From NCBI GenBank assembly GCA_963718235.1, contig CAVQYR010000002.1:96001-160000 (forward strand): 64,000 nucleotides of DNA, given 5' to 3'. This document shows positions 31,300 to 40,759 of the stretch, piece after piece. This DNA comes from an uncultured Actinomycetota bacterium. GTDB taxonomy: Bacteria > Actinomycetota > Actinomycetes > JAHEKZ01. The notes under the pieces are model-generated. The model made no database searches. It was not told the DNA's origin and saw nothing but the letters and a program-made list of their open reading frames with translations. Made by a program: the position numbers and the translations under genes. How positions within the stretch are numbered: position 1 is the stretch's first letter; each line of letters begins with the position of its first letter.

Positions 31300-31661
31300 G
31301 AGTCAATCGACCAAGCGGTCGCAAGCTCCCCGACCCTCGCCACCTGCGTGCGGCAGTCCTCGCACACCCAGTGCGGGTCGTCGCCGAGGTCGGGGTCGAC
31401 GTGCAGCACGTGCGCGCGGTCACGCGGGCAGCGCGGCCAGCGCCCGATCACGGGAGCCAGCTGCTCCTTGAGGTCCTGGGCGATGAGGCAGGTGATGAAC
31501 GGGGCCCCGCCGGGCCACAGCTCCAGCCACAGCCGCCGCTCGTGCAGGATCGTGTCGAGGACGTCGATGCAGCGCGGCTGGTCCGACGAGGTCGCCGAGA
31601 GGTCGTGGAGCAGCCGAGCCCGCGCCTCGTTCAGGGCGTCGTCGATCTTGGCCTCCCACAT
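31296..31661 (-). CDS. Hypothetical protein with Cys/His-rich C-terminus
   Basis: 121 aa; WPRCP...H.LHVDPDLGDDPHWVCEDC resembles a conserved actinobacterial hypothetical family. Confidence 0.7.
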   Translation of the reverse strand: MWEAKIDDALNEARARLLHDLSATSSDQPRCIDVLDTILHERRLWLELWPGGAPFITCLIAQDLKEQLAPVIGRWPRCPRDRAHVLHVDPDLGDDPHWVCEDCRTQVARVGELATAWSIDS

Positions 31662-31821
31662 GCCACCAGTGTGTCTTGTCCGCCGCGTACACCGGGCTGC
31701 CGAGGGCTTCCGCCGCGGCTGCTGCGCTACGCGGCTTTGGGGATGACCCACACGGTGGAGGTCCCATGGACGGTGCTGGCGCTGCTGAACGCACGGCAGT
31801 GCCTGAGGCCCTGAGGCCCCG

Positions 31822-33468
31822 TCAGGAGGCGTCGAGCACCTCGTCGGCGTCGATGATCCGGTAGGCGTAGCCCTGCTCGGCCAGGAACCGCTGCCGGTGC
31901 GCGGCGAAGTCCTGGTCGACGGTGTCGCGCGACACGATCGCGTAGAACCGGGCCGACCGGCCGTCGCCCTTGGGCCGCAGAACCCGACCGAGGCGCTGCG
32001 CCTCCTCCTGCCGCGATCCGAACGAGCCACTCACCTGGATCGCCACGCTGGCCTCGGGCAGGTCGATCGAGAAGTTGGCCACCTTGCTGACGACCAGGGT
32101 CGTGACCTCACCGGCCCGGAACGCCTCGAACAGGCGCTGGCGCTCCTTCACGGTCGTCTCGCCCTTGATCAGCGGCACGTCGAGCCGGGCTGCGAGGTCG
32201 TCGAGCTGGTCGATGTACTGCCCGATCACCAGCGTGGGCTCACCGGCGTGCTGCTTCACCAGGCTCTCCACGATCCGGGTCTTGGACGCCGTGCTCGCGC
32301 ACAGCCGGTACCGCTCCTCCGGCTCGGCGGTGGCGTAGGCCAGGCGCTCGTGGTCGGGCAGGGTGACCCGCACCTCGACACAGTCGGCCGGGGCGATGTA
32401 GCCCTGGGCCTCGATGTCCTTCCACGGGGCGTCGTACCGCTTGGGTCCGATGAGTGAGAAGACGTCGCCCTCGCGGCCGTCCTCTCGCACCAGAGTTGCG
32501 GTCAGTCCCAGTCGGCGACGGGCCTGGATGTCGGCGGTGAACCGGAAGATCGGCGCGGGGAGCAGGTGGACCTCGTCGTACAGGATGAGGCCCCAGTCGC
32601 GCGCGTCGAACAGCTCGAGGTGCGAGTACACGCCCTTTCGCTTGGTGGTCATCACCTGGTACGTCGCGATCGTGACCGGGCGCACCTCCTTCTTGGCGCC
32701 GGAGTACTCGCCGATCTCATCGTCGGTCAGAGTGGTGCGCTTCAGCAGCTCGTCGCGCCACTGCCGGGCGGCGACGGTGTTCGTGACCAGGATCAACGTG
32801 GTCGCCTTGGTGGCCGCCATGGCCGCGGCACCCACGATCGTCTTGCCGGCCCCGCAGGGGAGAACCACGACGCCGGACCCACCGTGCAGGAAGTTCTCGG
32901 CCGCCTCGTTCTGGTACGGCCGCATCGACCAGCCGTCCTCGACCAGGTCGATCGCGTGCGCCTCGCCGTCGACGTAGCCGGCGAGATCCTCCGCCGGCCA
33001 GCCGAGCTTGAGCAGCACCTGCTTGAGATGACCGCGCTCCGAGGGGTGGACGACGACGGTGTCCTCGCTGATCCGGGCCCCGACCAGAGGCTGGACCTTC
33101 TTGCTGCGCAGCACCTCCTCCAGGACGGGACGGTCGAACGCGTGCAGGACCAGACCGTGGGCCGGGTGCTGCTGCAGCTGGAGCCGTCCGTACCGGTCCA
33201 TGGTGTCGGCGACGTCGACGAGCAGCGCATGGGGCACGGCGTACCGGCTGTACCGCAGCAGGACGTCGACGACCTGCTCGGCGTCGTGCCCGGCCGCGCG
33301 GGCGTTCCACAGGCCGAGCGGGGTGAGCCGGTAGGTGTGCACGTGCTCGGGGGCCCGCTCCAGCTCGGCGAACGGAGCGATGGCATGGCGGCAGTCCGCC
33401 GCGAGGGGATGGTCGACCTCGAGCAGCAGGGTCTTGTCGCTCTGCACGATCAGGGGACCGTCGGTCAC
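31822..33468 (-). CDS. XPB/Ssl2/RAD25-like DNA repair helicase
   Basis: DGPLIVQSDKTLLLEVDH, LPCGAGKT, DEVH, GLTATLVREDG, SRQEEAQRLGR. Confidence 0.95.
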   Translation of the reverse strand: MTDGPLIVQSDKTLLLEVDHPLAADCRHAIAPFAELERAPEHVHTYRLTPLGLWNARAAGHDAEQVVDVLLRYSRYAVPHALLVDVADTMDRYGRLQLQQHPAHGLVLHAFDRPVLEEVLRSKKVQPLVGARISEDTVVVHPSERGHLKQVLLKLGWPAEDLAGYVDGEAHAIDLVEDGWSMRPYQNEAAENFLHGGSGVVVLPCGAGKTIVGAAAMAATKATTLILVTNTVAARQWRDELLKRTTLTDDEIGEYSGAKKEVRPVTIATYQVMTTKRKGVYSHLELFDARDWGLILYDEVHLLPAPIFRFTADIQARRRLGLTATLVREDGREGDVFSLIGPKRYDAPWKDIEAQGYIAPADCVEVRVTLPDHERLAYATAEPEERYRLCASTASKTRIVESLVKQHAGEPTLVIGQYIDQLDDLAARLDVPLIKGETTVKERQRLFEAFRAGEVTTLVVSKVANFSIDLPEASVAIQVSGSFGSRQEEAQRLGRVLRPKGDGRSARFYAIVSRDTVDQDFAAHRQRFLAEQGYAYRIIDADEVLDAS

Positions 33469-33578
33469 GAAGCCTTCTTCCAGCGCGGTTCGGCGGCGCC
33501 AATGCTGGCGCGACCCTCCAGTGTCCAACACCGCCGACGTCAGCGCCCTTCCCGGTGGCCACCGACTAGCCTCGCCTC

Positions 33579-34031
33579 GTGCATGCCGGTGACCTGGTCC
33601 AGCCCGTCGGGGAGGTGACGCCCGACACGTCGCTGCTCGACGCAGCGACGATGTTCGCCGGATCGGGCCTCCCGGGGATCGTCGTGGTCGACGAACAGCG
33701 GCACCCCGTCGCCGTGCTGCCGGGGTCGGCCCTCGTCCGGCTCGGGGTGCCGCAGTACGTCCTGGACGACCCGGCCCTTGCCGGCGTACTGGACGAGTCG
33801 TCGAGTGAGCTGCTGCGGGCCCGGATGGCTCGGCTCACCGTCGCCGACGCTCTGGCCGACGAGGAGCCGGACCCGCATCCCCAGGTCGCCGCCACGTCTT
33901 CCCTGGTCGAGGTGGCGTCCACCATGGCCAACGAGCGGGTCGGGCTCGTCGTCGTCACCGATGACCGAAACCACGTCCTCGGGGTGGTCACCGCCGCTGC
34001 GCTCCTGGCTGCCGTCCTGCCCGACGCATGA
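33579..34031 (+). CDS. CBS domain protein
   Basis: Two CBS-like segments (TSLLDAA...GIVVVD; SSLVEVAS...GVVT); ATGA overlap with the transporter gene. Confidence 0.82.
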   Translation: MHAGDLVQPVGEVTPDTSLLDAATMFAGSGLPGIVVVDEQRHPVAVLPGSALVRLGVPQYVLDDPALAGVLDESSSELLRARMARLTVADALADEEPDPHPQVAATSSLVEVASTMANERVGLVVVTDDRNHVLGVVTAAALLAAVLPDA

Positions 34032-35314
34032 GCGCGGCCGTCGCCGTCGTGGCGTTCCTCGTCGTCTACGTGCTGCTGATCAGCGAGCGGGTGGAGCGGG
34101 TGGTGGCCGCCGCCGTCGGAGCGGCGATCGTGGTCGGGCTCGGGGTGGTGACCACCCAGGACGCGTTCTTCTCCGAGGAGACCGGGATCGACTGGAACGT
34201 CATCGTCCTGCTGTTCGCGATGATGGTGATCGTCGGTGGGCTCCGACGGACCGGGGTGTTCGACTACGTCGCGATCACGCTGGCCAAGCGGGCCAAGGGC
34301 AGGCCGTACCGCCTGCTCGTGCTGATGACGTCGATGACCGCGCTCTCGGCCGTGTTCCTGTCCGACGTCGCGGTCGTCGTCCTGCTCGCACCGGTGACGC
34401 TTCTGGTCGCGGAAAGGCTGCTTCTGCCGGCGGTCCCACTGCTGATCGCGGAGGTGATGGCGGCCAACATCGGCGGCTCGGCCAGCCTGATCGGAGACCC
34501 AGCCGACATCATCGTCGGCACGCGGGCCGGACTGTCGTTCGGTGAGTTCCTGGTCCACCAGCTGCCGATGTCGATGGTCGCGTTCGCGGTCTTCCTGCTC
34601 GTCGCGCGATGGTTGTTTCGGCGCGACCTGGTGGCGGTGCCCGGTGCCGCCGAGGCCGTCGAGCGACTCGACGGGCGTGAGGCGATCCGTGACCCGGCCA
34701 TGCTGCGACGTGGCCTCGCCGTGCTCGTCGTGGTCGTGGTCGGCTTCCTCCTGCAGCCGGTGACCGGGATCGAGCCGGCGGCGGTGGCACTGCTGGGTGC
34801 GGGCCTGATGTGGCTCGTCACCCGTGAGGACCGGCGAGCACTGCTCGACCATGTCGAGTGGGAGACGCTGGCGTTCCTGATGGGGCTGTTCGTCGTCGTC
34901 GGTGCGCTCGTGAAGGTGGGGGCGATCGACCGGCTGACCGAGCTGGTCAGCAGCGCCATCGGCGCGAGCCCGACGACGGCGGTGCTCGGCATGCTGCTGG
35001 GGTCGGCCGGGGTCTCTGCGCTGGTCGACAACATCCCGTACGTGGCGACCATGTCACCGGTCGTCGCCGACCTGTCGACGGCGAATCCGGCGCTGAACCC
35101 GGACAACGCCCTGTGGTACGCGCTGGCCTTCGGCGCGGTCCTGGGTGGCAACGCCACGGCGATCGGCGCGAGCGCCAACGTCGTGGTGATCGGGATCGCC
35201 CGGCGCAACGGGTACCCGATCTCGTTCTGGACCTTCACCCGCTACGGAGTCGTGGTGGCCGCCGCGACCCTGGCCGCAGCGGTCCCCCTCTTCTGGCTGC
35301 GGTACCTCGCCTGA
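34028..35314 (+). CDS. ArsB/NhaD (IT superfamily) transporter
   Basis: IDWNVIVLLFAMM, ANIGGSASLIGDP, LVDNIPY, LGGNATAIGASANVV. Confidence 0.9.
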   Translation: MSAAVAVVAFLVVYVLLISERVERVVAAAVGAAIVVGLGVVTTQDAFFSEETGIDWNVIVLLFAMMVIVGGLRRTGVFDYVAITLAKRAKGRPYRLLVLMTSMTALSAVFLSDVAVVVLLAPVTLLVAERLLLPAVPLLIAEVMAANIGGSASLIGDPADIIVGTRAGLSFGEFLVHQLPMSMVAFAVFLLVARWLFRRDLVAVPGAAEAVERLDGREAIRDPAMLRRGLAVLVVVVVGFLLQPVTGIEPAAVALLGAGLMWLVTREDRRALLDHVEWETLAFLMGLFVVVGALVKVGAIDRLTELVSSAIGASPTTAVLGMLLGSAGVSALVDNIPYVATMSPVVADLSTANPALNPDNALWYALAFGAVLGGNATAIGASANVVVIGIARRNGYPISFWTFTRYGVVVAAATLAAAVPLFWLRYLA

Positions 35315-35406
35315 CCGCCGGTTGGTGCGGCACGTGACGGACGCCTCACTCGAACGGGTTACCGGCGAGTAGATCTCGGTCGGCCCGATGGTTTACCGTG
35401 GAGCAA

Positions 35407-35487
35407 CCCGGCAGGTTCTCCCCCGTGCCTGCCGGGCTCACACTCGCAGATCACCGACCCCGCCGCGGTTGCGCGGCGGGGTCGGTG
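35407..35487 (+). promoter_or_regulatory. Double-hairpin leader upstream of the PQ-loop-like gene
   Basis: 9-bp stem 35407-35436 and perfect 16-bp stem caccgaccccgccgcg-GTTG-cgcggcggggtcggtg (35452-35487). Confidence 0.55.
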
Positions 35488-35528
35488 CTGTGTCCCGACC
35501 GGTGACCCCCCCACGCAAGGAGCTCTTC

Positions 35529-36176
35529 GTGCTGCCCGCCCTCGACTGGGTCGACGCCCTCGGCGCGACCACGGTCGCCTTGGCCCTGATGTTCTCGATG
35601 CCCCAGCTGCTGCGACTGGTCCGGACGGGCAACGCCGCTGGCCTGAGCCTCACCGCCCTGGGCAACTCGGGGGTGAGCACGGTCGCGTGGTTCGGCTACG
35701 GGCTGCACCTGGGTGACCCGTGGGTGGTGACGTCGACCGCTGTCTACGCGCCCACGCTCGTGGTGACCGCGTGGTACGCGTGGCGGGCGGGCGCCGACCG
35801 CTCGACTCCCTGGCTGCCGCTGGCCTGGACCGCGCTGCTCCTGGCCGGCCTCGCCATCGAGGCGTCCACGCTGGTCCCGGCGTTCGCGCTCGTGCTCGGT
35901 GGGTCGACACTGTGGCTCGTCGGTCCCGCCGTGCTGACCGCGTGGACCTCCGAGGACATCTCGGGGATCGCGCCGGGAACGTGGTGGGTCCTGCTCGGAG
36001 AGGGCGTCATCTTCTTGGCCTACGGGCTGATGGCCGGGGTCTTCGCCACCGTGGTCTACGCGGTCGTGTGCTTTCTCGGCGCCACTGGCGTGCTCTCCAG
36101 GCTGGCCGTCGACCACTACGACCTCGACGTCAACCTTCCGGTTCGGGACGCCGACGCCCTCGATCTCGCGGCCTGA
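35529..36176 (+). CDS. PQ-loop/SemiSWEET-like membrane protein
   Basis: Two repeats MPQLLRLVRTGNAAGLS and GPAVLTAWTSEDISGIA; multi-TM; SD aaggag before GTG. Confidence 0.7.
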   Translation: MLPALDWVDALGATTVALALMFSMPQLLRLVRTGNAAGLSLTALGNSGVSTVAWFGYGLHLGDPWVVTSTAVYAPTLVVTAWYAWRAGADRSTPWLPLAWTALLLAGLAIEASTLVPAFALVLGGSTLWLVGPAVLTAWTSEDISGIAPGTWWVLLGEGVIFLAYGLMAGVFATVVYAVVCFLGATGVLSRLAVDHYDLDVNLPVRDADALDLAA

Positions 36177-36200
36177 CCGGCCGCGAGACCGGGCTACGGA

Positions 36201-36617
36201 TCAGCCGGCGACGATCTTGGCCTTCATCGACGCGAACTCGGCGTCGTCGATCAGCCCCTGGGCCTTCATGTCCGCCAGCTTCTGCAGCTGAGCGACCGGG
36301 TCGCTCCCGCTGGCGGCGGGAGCCGGAGCGGGAGCTGCCGCCTGGGCGGCCTGCGCGGACTGGGCGGCTACCGCACGAGCCGCGGCATCGTCGATTGCCG
36401 CCTGCTGCTGGATGTCGTCGTAGGCAGCTGCCTTCTGCGCCATCTCGGCCTGTTCCGCGGTCGGCTGCGCAGGTGCTGCCGGCGCCTGTCCCTGGCTGCT
36501 GCCCTTGTTCATGGCCCCGGAGACGCCCTTCACCGCGACGGTCGCCGTACCGGCGACCACGGCGGTCCTCGCCATGGTTCCGACGAGCCCTGGTCCCCTA
36601 CGTCCGCCTCTTCTCAT
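36201..36617 (-). CDS. SHOCT domain protein
   Basis: GPGLVGTMARTAVVAGTAT N-terminus; QLQKLADMKAQGLIDDAEFASMKAKI SHOCT. Confidence 0.88.
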   Translation of the reverse strand: MRRGGRRGPGLVGTMARTAVVAGTATVAVKGVSGAMNKGSSQGQAPAAPAQPTAEQAEMAQKAAAYDDIQQQAAIDDAAARAVAAQSAQAAQAAAPAPAPAASGSDPVAQLQKLADMKAQGLIDDAEFASMKAKIVAG

Positions 36618-36623
36618 CGTGAC

Positions 36624-37058
36624 TCACTCCTCATTGGATGCTGCCCAGTCAAGGGCAGCCTCGACCACGTCGTGCGGGATTCGCGCGTTCTCGAGCACGA
36701 CCCCGTCGGCGTTGCGGACGGACTGGGCGAACCGCGCCGCCCAGGTGTTCTCCCAGACCAGGACGGCGGCGGAGCTGTTCGGCTCGAGCGCCTCGGCGGT
36801 GAGCATGAGGTCCTCGTTGTTGAGGAGGTCACCGACATCGTCGAAGTCGCCGAAGGCGGCGGCCTCGTCGTCGCTCATGTCCTCCAGCTCGATCGCGGTG
36901 ACCGAGCCGTCGGCGTCCTTCTTGATGAAGGCGAGGTCGATGATCCGGATCGTCTCGTTGTCGACGAGCTCGGTCAGCGCCGGCACGATCTCGCCCTTGA
37001 ACTTGTTACCAGGAAACGCCAGCACGAGGTACTCGACTGGTCCGATCTCGTAGTCCAC
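36624..37058 (-). CDS. DUF6325-family protein
   Basis: IGPVEYLVLAFPG...IRIIDLAFIKKDADG...VWENTWA; SD gaggagga. Confidence 0.82.
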   Translation of the reverse strand: MDYEIGPVEYLVLAFPGNKFKGEIVPALTELVDNETIRIIDLAFIKKDADGSVTAIELEDMSDDEAAAFGDFDDVGDLLNNEDLMLTAEALEPNSSAAVLVWENTWAARFAQSVRNADGVVLENARIPHDVVEAALDWAASNEE

Positions 37059-37162
37059 GTTGTTCCTCCTCGCCGAATGCCCGTGACCCTAGCGCAGCGG
37101 TCAGGGCGAGCGGCAGGGCCGCTTGGCCGGCTGCGGAGGTCGAGCGCGAGAGCCCGTGGCAC

Positions 37163-39544
37163 TCAGTCAGGTCCGTCCGTCGTCCGTGGATCCAGCGGAG
37201 CGACCCCGGTGATCCGGTGGATGGCGAAGGTCCTGACCTCTTCGTAGCGGTGGTCGAAGGCGGTCAGCCAACCCCCGCGCACCTCGACCGGGTCGATGAC
37301 TCGCTCGACCACGGTTCCGTCGTCGCCGACATAGCCGATCCACACCGAGCCGTGGGCCTCGGCGGCCGTGCGCAACGCGGTGATCGTGTCGTCAACAGCA
37401 GTACGCGGCAGGTCGCGCGTGCCGGCCGGCCCCACGACCCGGCCGCGAGCGCTGGTTCCGCGCTCGCCCGATCGCAGCGCCTTCACCGCGGCTCCCAGCA
37501 CGGCGTCGTTGGCCACCGGCGGGTCGGACACCAGTCGCGGGGGGCGTTGTCGCGGGGGCGTGCGTCGGGAGTCCCGCCGGCGGACGAGCACGTCACCCTC
37601 AGCACTCTCGGCCACTGGCGCGAGGTTCATCGAACGCAGCCGGTCGAGCACGATGTCGACCGACGCCTGGGCGGCAACCACCGTGGGGGCGAGACGTCGC
37701 AGCCGAAGGGCGGCCGTCCGACGGTCCGCCACGACCTCGTCGAGGACGGCTGGGTCGTCGCTGCGCACGTAGGCCGACGCGGCACCGATCCGAACCCGGC
37801 CGTGGCGCCGAGCCATGTCGTCGATGAGATAGGTCAGTGGTTGGGGGACCGGCGTGCGGCTGTGCCTCGCGACGAACGCGTGGATGTCGGCAGCGCCGCG
37901 ACCGGCGTCGAGCGCCCGTCGCACCGACGCCTGCGTGAAGCGGAAGACCGTGGCCCCCCCGGTCGACTCGACGTCGGCCATCAGGCCCAGCTCCCTGGCC
38001 ACCTCGCCGTCGAGCGGCCCCGGAGCGACCGCGGTCAGGTCGGCCTGCAACAGCACGTGGTCGACCGCGGCCGGGAGCAGAGGCTCGATCGTGTCCGCCG
38101 CCTTGCCGTCGTCGCCGTCGAGCACGGCGCGAGCGGGTGTGGCCAACGCCCCTCGAGCGGTCACCCCGAGGGTCGAGGCCTCCTGAAGCACCCAGTGCAC
38201 GAGGTCGTCACGCAACCGACCACCCCGACGCGGTGCTCGCCACTGCTGGCGCGCCAGCAGGGACTCGGGACTCGCAGCACCCCCCGGCGGGAGCGAGGCG
38301 AGGTCGTCCAGAACGGACCGCCTGATGTCGACCGACGCCACCTTGTCGAGGTCTGGCCCCAAAGCGTTGCGCCGGTTGTCGCGGTCGTCTCGGCTACCGA
38401 CCAGCCCGACCACACGGGTGGTCTGCAGCCAGCCGGCCACCAGCTCGGTCCATCGCTCACCAACCGGGTGGGTGCGCCACACGTCGTAGGCGGGCGTGGG
38501 GAGCCAGGTCTCGTCAGCCTCGCCGTCGCCGGCCAGCAGGCCGATGGTGTGAGCCACCTCGATCAGCAGCGCGGCCGTCGGCTCGTCGACGTCGAGCCGC
38601 AACGATGCTGTCCTCAGCTCTCGGACCCCGAGTCCGCCGCTCCGCAGGACCGACGGGGAGTCGACCGCCCACGCCTCGAGGAGGTCCTCCAGGCGCCGGA
38701 CGGCGTCGAACGCCGCTCCGGCGGCCGCGCGGTCGACCTGACGCTGCTGGTGCTCGGTGGTGACCAGCTCCGGTTGGTGCGACTCGTCCTGCGCGTGGAG
38801 CCGTCCGCCACGCAGGTGGAGGGCGACTTCGCGCGGGAGGACGACGGTCCGGTCGTCGGTGGCGACCAGCAGACCGTGGGCGAGCAGCCACTCCACAGGG
38901 GTCGCTGCCGTCGTCGGGTCCACCGCGCGGGTCGCGCGGTCGATGGTCCCGGTCGCCGGCCCCCAGGTCAGCCGTTGCAGCAGTGCGAGCGCCTGGTCGG
39001 GCGCTTCGGCGAGCGCGTGGTCGAGCCGCTGGGGGTCGGTCAGCGCCGACAGCGTGCCCGGAGTGAGCGTCGGCTCGAGCCCGAGACCGTCCATCAGGGC
39101 GGCCAGTCGCGACGGGGGGAGGGCCGCGAGCAGGGCACTCAGCGGGGGCCCGAGCCCGGCGGGCGCCGGACCGATCGTGTCCCGGACAGCCGACGTCGGG
39201 CGCCAGGCATCCGCACTGCCCCACACGAGGGCGTAGTCGGAGAGCCGCTCCAGGCGCGCTCGCACCCGCTCGGGTGCCACACCCGGGAGCAGGGCCGCCA
39301 CGGCCTCGGTCGACACCGGCTCGGGGGCGACCAGGGCTGCCTCGAGCACCTGCCAGGTGAAGGCGTCCAGACGCTCCAGGGCACGGGCCGTCGAGCCCTG
39401 GGTGAGCGACCGCGCGGCGACCTGCCCCAGGTCCGCAGGCAGTGGCGCAGCGAGATCAGGGCGCAGGTGGAACAAGGCGATCAACGCTGCGTCGCTACGG
39501 CCGCGCACGTCATCGGCGAGGCTACGGGGAGCGGACGCGGTCAT
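37163..39544 (-). CDS. XPB-associated protein (Helicase_C_3 domain plus C-terminal WYL-like domain; Rv0862c-like)
   Basis: LRPDLA, LRSGGLGVRE, LLQADLTAVAPGPL, ES.GGATVFRF, VPQPLTYLIDD, WLTAFDH...RTFAIHRI. Confidence 0.88.
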   Translation of the reverse strand: MTASAPRSLADDVRGRSDAALIALFHLRPDLAAPLPADLGQVAARSLTQGSTARALERLDAFTWQVLEAALVAPEPVSTEAVAALLPGVAPERVRARLERLSDYALVWGSADAWRPTSAVRDTIGPAPAGLGPPLSALLAALPPSRLAALMDGLGLEPTLTPGTLSALTDPQRLDHALAEAPDQALALLQRLTWGPATGTIDRATRAVDPTTAATPVEWLLAHGLLVATDDRTVVLPREVALHLRGGRLHAQDESHQPELVTTEHQQRQVDRAAAGAAFDAVRRLEDLLEAWAVDSPSVLRSGGLGVRELRTASLRLDVDEPTAALLIEVAHTIGLLAGDGEADETWLPTPAYDVWRTHPVGERWTELVAGWLQTTRVVGLVGSRDDRDNRRNALGPDLDKVASVDIRRSVLDDLASLPPGGAASPESLLARQQWRAPRRGGRLRDDLVHWVLQEASTLGVTARGALATPARAVLDGDDGKAADTIEPLLPAAVDHVLLQADLTAVAPGPLDGEVARELGLMADVESTGGATVFRFTQASVRRALDAGRGAADIHAFVARHSRTPVPQPLTYLIDDMARRHGRVRIGAASAYVRSDDPAVLDEVVADRRTAALRLRRLAPTVVAAQASVDIVLDRLRSMNLAPVAESAEGDVLVRRRDSRRTPPRQRPPRLVSDPPVANDAVLGAAVKALRSGERGTSARGRVVGPAGTRDLPRTAVDDTITALRTAAEAHGSVWIGYVGDDGTVVERVIDPVEVRGGWLTAFDHRYEEVRTFAIHRITGVAPLDPRTTDGPD

Positions 39545-39642
39545 CCGCACCACGCTAGGGCACGAGCGGAAGCCATGCTCGGGGTGAGGCGGTGTCGGAT
39601 CCGGCCATGGTGCGGCATCATGCGCCTCGAGGTGATGTCCCG

Positions 39643-40030
39643 ATGACCGATCTCGGTTCGCGGTACGTGGCGGCGCTGGCCGCCAAGGACACCGACGCAC
39701 TCGTGGCGCTCTTCGCCCCCCAGGTGTACTTCCGTGGCCTTGACCCCCAGGCGCTCGTGGGAGGCGGACTCGCCGGACGGAGGTCGTGCACGAGGTCCTG
39801 TACACGTGGTTCGCCGCGCGACGAGGTGATCGAGTCGGTCGACCAGCTCGAGCGCGGTCGGGTCGTCGACCGCGAGCGGGTCGACTACCGCTTCGTCGTC
39901 CGCTCCCCCGAAGGGCGGTTCGTGGTGGAGCAGCGCGCGTACTTCGACGTCGACGACGCCGACCGGATCTCCCGGATGCACGTCATGTGCTCCGGGTTCC
40001 AGAGTCTCGACCCTGGCGGTCGAGGCCTGA
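39643..40030 (+). CDS. SnoaL/NTF2-like protein (four apparent +1 insertions)
   Basis: Reconstructed MTDLGSRYVAALAAKD...FRGLTPRRSWEADSPDEVVHEVLYTWF...VEQRAYF...MCSGF; segments fall in successive frames. Confidence 0.6.
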
Positions 40031-40036
40031 TCGTCC

Positions 40037-40276
40037 TCAGCGGCGGTTCGTGCGGACCTGCCGGCCGTGGCGGCGCGCGGTGCGCCACAGCCCCACCAAG
40101 ATCAGCGCCAGGCCGAGGGGGGCGAGTACGCTGCCCAGGTAGACCCAGGTGGGCAGGGGGTCCGCGCCCACCAGCAAAGGCACAAGGGCGGCGACGGCGG
40201 CCAGGGCGCCCACCGCGAACACGACGACCCCGACCAGCATCAGCCGGTCGGCTGCCCGGGCGGGTGGCGACGTCAC
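40037..40276 (-). CDS. Small two-TM membrane protein
   Basis: LMLVGVVVFAVGALAAVAALVPLLVG...LAPLGLALILVGLW; TAGGCT 7 nt upstream of GTG. Confidence 0.75.
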   Translation of the reverse strand: MTSPPARAADRLMLVGVVVFAVGALAAVAALVPLLVGADPLPTWVYLGSVLAPLGLALILVGLWRTARRHGRQVRTNRR

Positions 40277-40375
40277 GTCGCAGAGCCTAGGGGCGCGGGT
40301 CGGGAAACCCACTGGGGTGAGCGACGGGTGGCTGGCTAGGCTGGACCGCAACAGACACCGACGAAGGAGCGCGCC

Positions 40376-40759
40376 GTGCCCACCGGCAAGGTGAAGTGGT
40401 TCGACACGGAGAAGGGCTTCGGCTTCCTCAGCCGCGACGACGGCGGCGACGTGTTCGTGCACACCTCCGCCCTGCCGGCCGGGATGACCGAGCTCAAGCC
40501 CGGGTCCCGGGTGGAGTTCGGGATCGCGGAGGGTCGGCGGGGTGAGCAGGCGCTGTCCGTCCGGGTGCTCGACGCCCCCGCCTCGGTCGTGGCCGCCGCG
40601 CGCAAACCGGCCGAGGACATGGCCGTCATTGTCGAGGACCTGATCAAGCTGCTGGACGGGCTGGGCAACCAGATGCGGCGCGGTCGTCAGCCTGCCCCCG
40701 CGGAGTCGCGCAAGATCGCGGCTCTGCTGCGGGCGGTTGCCGACGACCTCGACGTCTAG
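40376..40759 (+). CDS. Cold-shock domain protein with C-terminal extension (CspB-like)
   Basis: PTGKVKWFDTEKGFGF, DVFVH, RGRQP...LLRAVADDL; SD aaggag. Confidence 0.9.
   Translation: MPTGKVKWFDTEKGFGFLSRDDGGDVFVHTSALPAGMTELKPGSRVEFGIAEGRRGEQALSVRVLDAPASVVAAARKPAEDMAVIVEDLIKLLDGLGNQMRRGRQPAPAESRKIAALLRAVADDLDV

Noticed and set aside
31743-31814. 23-codon ORF MTHTVEVPWTVLALLNARQCLRP
   Set aside because: No convincing SD or -10 spacing and no recognisable motif; cannot be supported.
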